DNA of 64,000 bases from the human T2T-CHM13v2.0 reference genome, Homo sapiens. Position 1 is the first letter of the stretch, and each line of letters begins with the position of its first letter. The DNA lies in assembly GCF_009914755.1 (NCBI RefSeq), contig NC_060935.1, one strand, 5' to 3'. The notes under the pieces are model-generated. The model searched no databases. It was not told where the DNA came from and worked only from the letters and a program-made list of their open reading frames with translations. This document shows positions 43,944-55,944 of this stretch, one piece after another. A program made the translations under genes and the position numbers.

Positions 43944-44651
43944 AAGGAGTTTATTAAGTATTAACTTGCATGATCACAAGTCCCACAATAGGCTGTCTGC
44001 CAGCTTGAGGAGCAAGGAGAGCCAGTCCAAGCCTCAAAACTGAAGATCTTGGAGTCGGATGTTTGAGGGCAGGAAGCATCCAGCTAGGGAGAGTCCAGCT
44101 AGGAAGCATCCAGCTAGGCCAGTCTTGCCTTTTCACGTTTTTCTGCCTGCTTTATATTCACTGGCAGCTGATCAGATTGTGCCCACCAGATTAAGGGTGG
44201 GTCCACCCTGCCCAGCCCACTGACTCAAATATTAATATCCTTTGGCCATACCCTCACAGACATACCCAGGATCAATACTTTGCATCCTTCAATCCAATCA
44301 AGTTGACACTCAGTATTAACCATCACACCACTCAGCATGAAGATGACAAGGATGAAGAACTTTATGAGGATCCACTTCCACCTAATGACTGTCTTCCCTC
44401 TTCCTTATGATTTTTTTAGTAACATGTTCTTTTCTCTAGCTTATTTATGGGAAGAATACGGTATAGAACACATATAACATATAAAGTATGTGTTAGTCAA
44501 CGGTTGATGTTATATGTAAGGCTTCTGGTCAACAGTGGGCTATTAGTGAAGTTTTGGGGGAGAAATTTTGGAGAAGTTATATGCAGATTTTCAACTGTGC
44601 GGGGGAGGGGGTGTGGGTTCCCCTAACCCCTTTGTCGTCAAAGATCTACTG
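43738..44651 (+). mobile_element. Tigger2a/MER28 DNA transposon split by MLT2A
   Basis: TIR CAGTTGACCCTTGAACAAC ... GTCAAAGATCTACTG, flanked by TA; internal GAAACAGCAAGACCAACCCCTCCTC. Confidence 0.9.
43863..44327 (-). mobile_element. MLT2A (MLT2A1-like, HERV-L LTR) with (CA)n(TA)n
   Basis: TGTATTAGTCATGGTTCCCTAGAGGGACAGAACTAATAGGATA...CAGTATTAACCATCACA; perfect 5-bp TSD CCACT. Confidence 0.93.
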
Positions 44652-47224
44652 TATGTTTAGACTAACCCAAATCTTATTCAACACTTGGGTGCTTGTGCAC
44701 AGCAAACAAAAGAGAATATTTTAATTTTGTCTCTAAGGCCACCTCTAGTGATGCCTGGAGGTTTCGTCTGCCATCCATCCACATTCTCTGGTCTTGGGCT
44801 GACTCTCACTCAGCCACCTTCTTCCCGACACCTTCCAGAAGCCTCTTCCCATTGGCTGGTGACATGTGCAGACTCAGAGGTGACATGTGCGTGCTCTTGG
44901 CCAGGGCCTCTGACAGTGACCCATTTCCTCTCCAAATCTGGGATGAGCTGTGTTTATCAATTAATCATGGTGACCTTGCTTAGCGACTCCCCTTCCTCTA
45001 CCTTCAAATAGAGGGAGGCAACCTGCAAAGCTGGGTGCCATCCAGGCTCATGATGCACAGGCCTCACCCAGTGGGGTAGGGGTGGGCATGGGGTCCATCC
45101 TCCAGGCTGAGGCCAGGCAGCTGGAACTGGGTCTTGAGAGCTGAGGCTGGCCGCTTCTGCTTCCCTCACAAAGGCAGCATTCTGTGCCTGGGTAGGAAGG
45201 ACAGGGCTTCTGTCTACTGCACCCTCTGGTCTCTGGGAATCGAAATGGAGGATGCCCCCAGGAGAGCCTGAATAACTATGGAGGGCTGCCCTTTCTGGAG
45301 CTGGAAGAGGCAGGGAGGCAGGCACAGCAATTGTCCTGGGGCTCAAGGCTGGGGCTGGCCCCATCAAGAGATGCCAACGTTGGGGAGGCATGGCCGGGTC
45401 ATGGAGCTGAGGCTGTACTTGGTGGGATGCTAACTTGAGGGCCACCAGGATCAGCACAACTGCCCTCAGGCCACCATGGTGTATTCTTCCCCTGTCGCAC
45501 CTGCCTCTCCATCTCAGAATAGTCTTAGCTGGTCTGGCTCCTAGTGGGCATGCACAGCAGCAGCCCAGAAGCCAGGGCTGTCCCAAGGCCGTTGTGGCCA
45601 GCCAGCCTGGGCAGTGGTGACGCTAGGCCCTCAGGGAGAAGGAAATGAGTGGCAGGTGGGGAGTTTTCTGCGTGAGGCTCCAGGCAAGGGCTGACATAAG
45701 GCAGTCACTGGTGAAGGGAAAGGCTTCCCTCGAGTGCTGGAAAAGTCAGAGGACAGGAGGAGGTTGCCCTGGTGTGGATGGGAACCAAGCTCCCTGTGAG
45801 GGAGGGACATGAACATGTGGTCTTGGTGATCCTCCTTCCCTGCTCAACCCCGCAAGTCTCGGTGAGTGGCTCCCTGCCTTCGTGCCCTCCCTGGGGGCCT
45901 CTCCACTGGCTCTTCCCCCCGCCACAGGCCCAGCATCATCTGCTCTCTGCTTCTGAGTCCCACCCACGTGGAAGCGCTCCCACTCCAGGCATGGCTACCC
46001 AACCCTGGCCCATGCAGAGGTCTGGACTCCCGCATCTGGGAAGGGGAGTTCAAACCTGAGAGATGGACTCGTCCTTCCTGAACAAGGAGTCCTGGGCTGG
46101 AAGAGAACAGAGCCAGGACCATCACCCACTGCCCCAAGATGCTGGAAGGAAATGCTCCATGGTCACACCCAGGACAGCGGGCCACTCTCTGCAGCCTGTG
46201 CTGGTTCTCCAGGGAGAGGCAGTGGATCCCAAAGGTGGGATGGGACTTCAGGGCCCTCCAGGCTTTGCTGGAAGGTGATGGTGGGAATCCTGCAGTGGAC
46301 TGCAGGATGCTGCAGGGACCTGGGGCTTTTGGGACCAGGAGAAAGACAGGGGCAGAGATGAAGAAAGACCCAGGTTCTGGAGACCAGCAGACCCTGAGGT
46401 TAAATTCCAGCTCTGATGTATACACTCTGCATCAAAGAACTCCCGCCAGAGGCCTGCCTTCCCATCTGCATTATGGGAGAGTATCAATAACTACCCATGG
46501 GGATACTGTGCAGATGAAATTAAATAATGCACAGCAGGCACTCTGTTCAGCACCTCACCAGTTTGGCACCATCAATAAGTGGGAGAGGATACTACTGATG
46601 CTGCTGATATTGTCATCGCCTTCATTATCACCATCATCATCATCATCACGGTCCTTATAACTTGTCTGGGGAGGTGGAACAATCACCAATATGGGACCAG
46701 AGTAATAACAAATATCCCTTAACTCAGCAAAAGCTGTACAATTACAGAGCATTTGGCTCCCTCTGCTCCTGACAGTATACTGACGCAGCACAGCAGTGAT
46801 GTCCAGCACTGGGATGGGAAGGAGGGCCGAGGCTCAGAGAGGTTGACATCGGCCCCAGGCCACCCAGTTTGTCAGCAGCAGAGCTGGGAGGAGCGCAGCT
46901 GGCAGCTGCCATCCTTGTGTCCTCTGTCTCCAATCCCGCCCTAGTCAGCCTGGACTCTGGGCAGGGCAGCAGCTGCAGGGGACCTCCTGGCAGTGGGACT
47001 TGCCTGCTTAGCTGCTGGTATTGTGAGCTCCCATCATGGGCATGAAGGAGTGGATCATTTGTGAGCACAGTTTCCCTGCTGTTAGTGCCCACCAAGGGGA
47101 CCTCGTCGTCATCCACGAAGAGAAGCTCTGCACTGGGGAAATAGCAAGAAGGTCCTGAGTCTTCAGAAAAGGCAGTGGTGAGCAGGGTGTCTGGGTCTAG
47201 GATGGTCCCCTCTACAGCTTCCAT

Positions 47225-47880
47225 CTGCCCATCTGTCTGTCTATCTATCTATCTATCTATCTATCTAATCTATCTATCATCTATTTACCAACCTACCCAT
47301 ATGTCCATCTACTATCTATCCATCCATCCATCAATCCATCTAGCCATCCATCCATCCATCATCTTTCTATCTATCATCTCTCTATCTATCTATCTATATC
47401 TATCTATCTATCGTCTATCATCAATCTATCATCTATTTACCCACCCATCCATCTGTTCATCCAATATCTCAATATCTGTCTATGTATATATCCATCCATC
47501 CATCCATCCATTTATCCATCCATCATCTTTCTATTCACCCATCCGTCTGACTATCTGTCTATCTATTATCTATCTTCTCTCATCTATCTTCTATCATCCA
47601 TCTATTATCTGTCTTCTGTCTTCTCTCTATCCTTCTATCCATCCACCGATCCATCCCTCATCCACCCATCTATCTTCTATCTATCGATTCATCTACCCAT
47701 GATCTTACCTATCGTCTCTTTAGCTATCCATCCACCTGTCCATCTATTAACTGTCTTTCTATTTATTCATCCATCCATCTATCCATCATCCACCTATCAA
47801 TTATCTATTCATCCATCCATCTATCCAGCTATCTATCCATCTCTCTATCCATCCTCTCTCTCTCTCTCTCTCTGTCTCTC
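47225..47880. repeat. Compound (TCTA)n/(TCCA)n simple repeat
   Basis: ~650 bp of degenerate TCTA/TCCA units. Confidence 0.97.
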
Positions 47881-48819
47881 TACTAATTATTAACTCTCTG
47901 ACACTACCAAATCTCTCATCTATGAATCATATGTCCCCCCTTCTACCCGACCTCAACTCTGCCTTGTTGCAGGGAGGGTATGCATGGCCACTGACCTCTG
48001 TAGCCAGGGTTGGCCTCACTCTTCCTCCTTGAGTGAAGCTGCTGACCATCGTTTGAGCACACCTGCCTGTGCACATGAGCATGTGGTAGAGTTGCAAGTC
48101 TTGAGTGCTGAAACTAGATCCTCATCACTTCTTTCCTCCAAGCCCATGTGACTTTGAGGAGGCCCCTCCCATTTTCTGGCCCTGGACAGTAGTGCCAACT
48201 CTCAGGACTACTGTAGGAAACAGATAGTGGATAGGATGGAGCTCTCCTTAGTTACCAGCAAGGTGGGGGTGTGAGAACAAGAAGGGCTCAGTTGCTTTAA
48301 ATAAAAGTTGTTCAACACTCATGCTTGGCCACCGACACTGTTGCGCATGCATTTCAAACTGCCCCTTCCTGGTGGAGGAATTACCTAGCAGTCAGCTTAT
48401 CCATGCAGGAGGAAGGCTGGTGGGGTGCCAGTGCAGTTCAGGTGAAGCTGGGCTAGGACATTTGGATATGCCATTGAGAGCGCTCAGGCCCTGGGTGGGC
48501 TTTGGGAGAGTGGGTGCTTCCTGATCTTAAGGTGTTTCCTGATCTTGAGGTTTGGAGGTTCTCTTGAGGTAAGAGCCTGGGGTCTGCTCCATGCATTGCA
48601 AACTCCAGGGTAAGAGGAGATCAATCCAGGGTCTTTAAAGAGAAAATTTAAGAAGGTTAAGAACAAAGAAAAAATAGTGCTTTCAGAAGTATCAGCCAGA
48701 AGTTATGATTTTTATATAAGTTCCCCTAGTAAGTTTTATTGCAAGGCCCCATAGTAATTTGTTTAAAATCAAAAGAGAACAGAGATAATAAGATTTTAAA
48801 AAGAGAAGTCTCTAGCTTC

Positions 48820-49062
48820 TGAGCAGCTTGTTTTAATGTCATGGTTGGGAGCCTAGGCTCTGCCACTGTGTGATCTTGGGCAAGTTTCTTAATATCTCTG
48901 CTCCTCAACTTTTTCATCTTTAAAATGGGTATAAATATATTAAAATAAGTTAGATGTTAAAAAATAATATCGACATAGACTACAAGAGTCACTACATGTC
49001 AAGTTCTTAGAACAGTGCCTGGCACAAAATAGGCCATCAATGAATGTTAGTTATTACCTAAT
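48820..49062 (+). mobile_element. MIR
   Basis: TGTGTGATCTTGGGCAAGTTTCTTAATATCTCTG...CTTAGAACAGTGCCTGGCACA. Confidence 0.85.
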
Positions 49063-49069
49063 GTATGAT

Positions 49070-49843
49070 AAGCTTTGACTTTGTCAATAGAAAAACTAAA
49101 ATACCAGTGGTTTGAACTGCATGACATTTTATTTATCTCTCATGAAAAATAATTCAGCAAATAGACAGGCGGGACTAGACTGGTGGTTCCATGGCTGTCT
49201 GGGATCCAGGATATTTCTGTCTTCTCTAGCATTGGCTTCTGCTCTCACTGTCCCTTAGAGCTGCTGGAGCTCTAGCCATCACGTCTGTACTCCAGGCCAG
49301 GGGAAAGAGGAAGGGGGAATGAATGAATAGACCACAGTTTTCAGATGAGTGTGTAGCATTTTTAAAACAGCTTTATTGGTATATAATTCAAATACTGTAT
49401 AATTCACATATATGAGTGACCATCACCACAATTAATTTTAGAACCACTTCATCACCTCAAAAGGAATTCCCCTACCCTTTAGCTCCCCAGACCTAACCAA
49501 CCACTAAGCTACGTCCTGTCTCTATGGATTTCCCTTCTTTGTATATTTTATGGAATCCTACACTATGTGACCTCTTGTGACTGGCTTCTTTTGCTTGCAT
49601 TATGTTTTCAAGGGTCGCTATGGTGGATTTTGCCCCCCTCAGGCAGTCCTGGAAGTCCCACCTGACTCTTCTGCTTATATCTCACTGGGAAGAAGCTGGT
49701 CATGTGGCCATACCTCACTCCAGGAACATCTGGGACATTGTTTGTTCAGCTGGGCACATTGCCACTCCCAGATAGAACCAGGGTTCTATTTCTAAGGAAG
49801 AAGAAAAAAGGACAATGGATGGCAGCCAGAAGTCTGTCACCAA
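49070..49843 (-). mobile_element. Old MLT1 LTR split by an antisense L1 3' fragment (~49360-49615)
   Basis: GCTGCTGGAGCTCTAGCCATCACGTCTG, CTTCTGCTTATATCTCACTGG; the insert has CAGCTTTATTGGTATATAATTCA...CCTGTCTCTATGGATTT. Confidence 0.72.
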
Positions 49844-50092
49844 GTGCTGAGCACCACTCAGGGTTCTGCTGAGGATCTAACCCACTCTCTCTATCACACC
49901 AGATAAATCTTTGTAAAATGACTTCCATTTCTTACTGTAAGTCCTGTTTTATCTTTAATCCTCACAATAAGCCATAGAGCCAGGCACTATTCTGATTTTA
50001 TAGACGAGGAGACTGCAACTGAGGAGATTGGGCATCTTACCTGAGACCAGAGGGGGGGTAGGTGACGCAGCTGGGCCTGTCCGCCTCGAGAA

Positions 50093-50245
50093 CAGGGTTC
50101 CTTACCTCGGCCCTATTGACGTTTGGGGGTGGGTCGTGTGCATTACGGGATGTTAGCACCATCCTGGTGACCACTACACACTAGATGCCAGCACCACTCT
50201 CTCCTCACCCAGTGTGACAACAAAATGTCCCCGGACATTGCCAAT
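50093..50245 (+). mobile_element. MER20 fragment
   Basis: CTATTGACGTTTGGG...CACTAGATGCCAGCACC...GTGTGACAACAAAATGTCCCCGGACATTGCCAA. Confidence 0.85.
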
Positions 50246-50254
50246 TAGATTTTG

Positions 50255-51769
50255 GTTAAGTGGAAGAGTGGATGAGTAAATGAGTGAATGAGTGGTCGAG
50301 TGGCTGAGTGAATGAGTAGTTGAATGGTTGAGTGGTTGAATGAGTAAGGGCATGAGTGGTTGAGCAGATGAGTGGACAAGTGGTTGAGTGGTTGATTAGA
50401 TGAGTGGCTGAGTGAATGAGTGGTTGAATAATTGAGTGGATGAGTGGATGAGTGGTTGAGTGGTTGAATGAATGAGTGGATAAGTGATTGAGTAGATGGG
50501 TGGTTGAGTGGTTGAATGAATGAGTGGATAAGTGGTTGTGTAGATGGGTGGATGAGTGGTTGAGTGGATGAGTGGATGAGTAGTTGAGTGGATGCATGGT
50601 TGAGCAGATAAATGGTTGAGTGGATGAGTGGATGAGTAGTTAAGCAGTTGAGTCAATGAGTGGATGAGTGGATGAGTAGTTGAGTGCATGAGTGGTTGAG
50701 TAGTTGAGTGGCTGAGTGGGTGAGTAGTTGAGTGGATGAGTGGGTGAGTAGTTGAGTGTATGAGTGGTTGCATAGTTGAGTGGATGAGTGGGTGAGTAGT
50801 TGAGTGAATGAGTGGATGAGTAGTTGAGTGGATGAGTGGATAAGTAGTTGAGTGGATGAATGGTTGAGTAGTTGAATGGATGAATGATTGAGTAGTTGAA
50901 TGGATAAGTGGTTGAGTGGATGAGTGGATGAGTGGTTGAGTGGATGAGCAGTTAACTGGATGAGTGGTTGAGTACTTGAGTCGATGAGTAGATGAGTAGT
51001 GAGTGAATGAGTAGTTGAGTGGATGAATGGTTCAATACTTGATTGGATGAGTGGGTGAGTAGTTGAGTGGATGAGTGGTTGAGTGGATGAGTAGATGGGT
51101 GGTTGAGTGGATGAGTGGTTGAGTAGTTGAGTGGATGAGTGGTTGGGTAGTTGAGTGGATGAGTGAATGAGTAGATGAGTGGATGGGTGGATGAGTGGTT
51201 GAGTGGATGAGTAGATGAGTGGTTGAGTGGTTGAGTGGATGAATGGATGAGTGGATGGGTGGATGAGTGGTTGAGTGGATGAGTAGATGAGTGGTTGAGT
51301 GGTTGAGTGGATGAATGGATGAGTGGTTGAGTGGATGAGTAGATGAGTGGTTGAGTGGTTGAGTGGATGAATGGATGAGTGGTTGAGTGGATAAGCAGAT
51401 GAGTAGTTGAGTGGTTGAGTGGATGAGTGGTTGAGTGGGTGAGTGGTTGAGTGGTTGAGTGGATTAGTGCTTGAGTGGATGAGTGGATTAGTGGTTGGGT
51501 GGATGAGTAGTTGAGTGGTTGAGTGGATTAGTGGTTGAGTGGATGAGTAGTTGAGTGGTTGAGTGGATTAGTGGTTGAGTGGATGAGTGGTTGAGTGGGT
51601 GAGTGGTGAGTGGGTGAGTGGTTGAGTGGATGAGTGGTTGAGTGGATGAGTGAATGAGTAGTTGAGTGGATGAGTGGTTGAGTGGATGAATGGGTGAGTA
51701 GTTGAATGGATGAATGGATGATTGGTTGAATATATGAGTGGTTGAGTATGTGAATGGATGAGTGGATGA
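50255..51769. repeat. ~1.5 kb (TGAGTGGA/TGAGTGGT/TGAGTAGT)n 8-mer tandem array
   Basis: Seen directly; the + strand has almost no C. Confidence 0.98.
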
Positions 51770-53957
51770 CTCCCCACATGGAAGCCAAGTCAGTGTCTGC
51801 TAACTGCCCATCATCTTCCCAAGATGCTATGGAGCTTGTGCCTCAACCCAGGAGACTTTGGCTTTACCTGGAAAGCCCAGGTGTCTCTAAATTGACTTGT
51901 AAGAGGGTCATAGAGTGAAAAGTGAGGCCAGTTGCCCAGGCAGGTAGAGACCCTGATGTCTGGACCTGTAAAGAATAGTGACCTTAATGAAGGGGATATA
52001 AACACACCCCAAGCTGCTGTTCCCAGAAAACTGTGCTCAGAGAGGCTTAGAAGTGTGGTTCTCATGGGTTATCTAAGTTGAACCCAGAGAATGAAAAGGA
52101 ACCTAATTCTGTGGGCAGGTTTGGACAGTGACCCTTGATGGGCACTCCTCCTTCATGAACCCACTGAGTGGGCTTACCAGGAGATTGTCCCTCTGCCTCT
52201 ATTTCCACACCTGTGCCTGCATCACCTGCCAGGGAGAGGTACTGCCTAAGCCAGTCACTGTGGGGGCCCATTCTAAGGTCACCAAGGCCTCGGAGACGGC
52301 AGAGCCCAACCTGAGATGCCACTCAGCTGAGGCTTGACCTGAAACCAGCTCAGTGGCTTGGGGGAGGAGGCAGGCTGGGGAGGTGGAGGTGCGCGGGCCC
52401 TCTTTCAATAAATAGAATATTTGTCTTTTAAAACAAAGATCAGTCTCAGGCCTGAGATCTCCCAGAGGCCCCATGGAAGCTGTTGGAGCCATTTGGAAAA
52501 TTCTCCAGCATGCTGGCTTTCTCAGGCTGATGTTGAGGGCATCCCCTGAGAAGTCAGAGGGAGAAACAGCCAGACAGCCCTGCCTTGCTGGCTGCTCCGA
52601 AGCTTCCCCACAGATGGAGAGGGACAGATGGTGCTCACTGCCAACCCTCTTGCTGGGTTCCCTGACCTCATTTGTTTGTTTAGGAACACAGAGCACCCTC
52701 TGCTCTCAGCCACAGACAGCCACTGGCCAGGAGGAGAGGCTTGGACCAGACTCAGGAGGCCCCTTGTGCCCCCACGTTCTTAGTAGCTGAGTGGTCTTGG
52801 GCCTCTGATCCCCAGATCCCTGTGGTAGGTCCTAGCAGAGTGAGCCCTTTGGAGGTGTCACTTCCTGCTCTGGCCCAGCCCTGGCAGGGGCAGGGAGAGT
52901 GGGTAGGGTGGATGGATGGGCTTCAGGCCTGGCTGGGCTGAACAGAAGTGCACTCGGGTAGGAGGAAGGCCAAGCTGTCATCATGTTGCTGGGCCTGTGA
53001 CCCGCCCCCCTGCCCCATAACAATGGGAGCTACTGCAGCTGAGGCCACCATGGCACACACTCTGCCTGTGTCCTTCATTCCCAACAGCCCAGCAGAGTGT
53101 CCCTTTGTCCCCAGTGTCCCTCACTAATGAGTGAGGACACAGGTGGAGAAGCTCAGCGTGGAGGTGGCAGGGCTGAGTGCTGCTTTGGAGCCAACGTCCC
53201 TCTCTGATGCCCGGCCTGATGCCTACCCACTGCCCTTCCTGAGCCTCAGCCTCCTTCCCAGTCTGGGTTCCCTGCTGGCTCAAGTCCTCCAATCCTGAGA
53301 GAACTAAAGCTCTTCACCTTCCAGCCAGGCTCAGTGGGCCAGGAAGGGGCCCTTGCAGGCCCTGGGTCTGTCCATCCCAGCCCAGAGGGGCTGCTTTGGC
53401 TGTCAGCCAAGGGAATAGGAAGGAGCCTTGGCCTCTGATGTCCTGAGTGAGGCCCAGCTGTAAGCTGAGGGTGGCTGCCTGGCATCTCGCAGGCCCTGGC
53501 CGACCCAGCCAAGGGGACACGGCCTGGCCCCGGTCCTTCCCCAGGAGCCCTGTCCCTTCCTCACTCCAGCCTTCCTCTCTGGAAAAGGCAGAACTTGAGA
53601 AAGCCTCAAGGAGGAGGAGGCCGCTTAAAGATAGATGTGCAGTTTGTGCATTGCACATGGGCATCACTGTCACCTGGCTTTGATGAGGTGCGTGTCCCAG
53701 TAGGCAGGAGTCCAGCATCTTCAAGGGTGCCACTTTCTAATGTGAGGAGTGACACCTTGTCCTGCCTTCATCTCACTGCAGATTCTGTTTTCCTGCCAAG
53801 AGCTGCTTTAGTCACATTGTCTCATTCATTCATTCATTCATTCATCCATCCATCCATCCGCTAAATATTTAAGATAACCGTGGTTTGGCCTCCATAGGTC
53901 TCATCTGCCTTGCATTCCTATGCCCTTGGGCAGCCCTCACTGAATAGGGTTTGTGTT

Positions 53958-54229
<272 letters not shown>

Positions 54230-54939
54230 TGACCTCTTCTCAGGACCAGATGCCCCGCTGGGCATTTGAGAGCCTTGATTTCTGGACGCTGTCCCCAACT
54301 TGCAGATGAGGACATTGAGCCCTTGCAAGGCTCAGGTGCCTGAGTACCTGGCCCTCAGCACAGGAGGCCATGATTCAAATGCAGGGAGCTGGGTTCAAGG
54401 CCTCTGCTTCTCCTGTCCATGACAGAGAACATGCTTTCTCTATTTGGAAAGGGCTCCTGACTTTGGATTGTCACATCGGACTGGAAGTGTCTGTGCTCCA
54501 GGCTACAGGGTGGCCCAGGCTTTGTCACTGGATGGCCAGACCTGGCTCCCAGGATGCTTCAGAGCTCAGCCTTTCTTCCTGGGCAAGGGTGAGCCCTCCT
54601 GGCTGTAGTGCCTGGCTCCTTGCACCACGATGGCCAGGGCTCCCAGGAGAGCAACCAGCTGCTGAGGCCCAGGCAACTTCTGTGGGGTGGAGGTGAGAGG
54701 CCTGCAGCAGGGCCAGAGCCGGCAGGAGGGCGTGTGGTGTGGGGGCACACCTGTTCCTGACGTCCCCGGCCGTCTTGGGGTTTCCTATCAGAAAATGAAT
54801 TATGTCAATCAATTGGTGAACAAGGAACTGCCCTCTACTTGCTTTAGGGAGAGACTCTGAGCTGCAGGAACATTCGAGGTGGCAAAGCATGCTGAGCTTG
54901 CTGGTGTGTTTCTTTCCTGGGTTCTAAAAATGTTGACCA

Positions 54940-55236
<297 letters not shown>

Positions 55237-55519
55237 TGTTGACCAGACCCACAAAGTGGGACAAACACACTCCATGGCTTCTGCCCAGGCCCTGCACTGC
55301 TCAGGGCAACTGCCCAGCTTGCTGTACTCCTCTCCAGACCCTCGTTTTCCGACCTCCGTCGTGCCCCCAACTCATCCTCCAAACTGTTGCTGCTGCGGAA
55401 GTTGTTCTAAAATGTAAATTAGACCAATTTCACTGCCACCTCTCTCAGGGCCCTCAAAGGAAACAGAATTGACCCTGAAATGGTTCACCCTCCTGTAAGT
55501 ACTGTGGGTGTGAATTCTT

Positions 55520-55885
55520 TTTTTTTATTATACTTTAAGTTTTAGGGTACATGTGCACAACGTGCAGATTTGTTACATATGTATACATGTGCCGTGTTGG
55601 TTTGCTGCACCCATTAACTCATCATTTAGCATTAGGTATATCTCCTAATGATCTCCCTCCCCCCTCCCCCCACCCCACAGCAGGCCCCAGTGTGTGATGT
55701 TCCCCTTCCTGTGTCCATGTGTTCTCATTGTTCAATTCCCACCTATGAGTGAGAACATGCGGTGTTTGGTTTTTTGTCCTTGCGATAGTTTGCTGAGAAT
55801 GATGGTTTCCAGCTTCATCCATGTCCCTACAAAGGACATGAACTCATCATTTTTCATGGCTGCATAGTATTCCATGGTGTATATG
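55520..55885 (-). mobile_element. 5'-truncated young L1PA 3' end
   Basis: TTATTATACTTTAAGTTTTAGGGTACATGTGCACAACGTGCAG...; perfect 17-bp TSD TGTGGGTGTGAATTCTT at 55503-55519 and 55889-55905. Confidence 0.97.
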
Positions 55886-55944
55886 GAGTGTGGGTGTGAA
55901 TTCTTACACCCTCTGTGGGGTAAAAGAATTCACAACCACACTCC
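55885..55944. other. 60-nt inverted repeat (hairpin)
   Basis: GGAGTGTGGGTGTGAATTCTTACACCC-TCTGTG-GGGTAAAAGAATTCACAACCACACTCC; 24 of 27 stem positions pair. Confidence 0.92.

Noticed and set aside
44957-46660. Cluster of 170-210 aa ORFs
   Set aside because: No homology I can recognise, mutually overlapping in several frames, GC-rich chance ORFs with no clear exon structure
47175-47893. Ser/Ile/Tyr/His-rich ORFs
   Set aside because: Translation of the (TCTA/TCCA)n repeat
50256-51788. HSTTHPL-repeat ORFs resembling a mucin-like protein
   Set aside because: The 8-bp period breaks frame and the ORFs cover only the array edges; simple-repeat artefact
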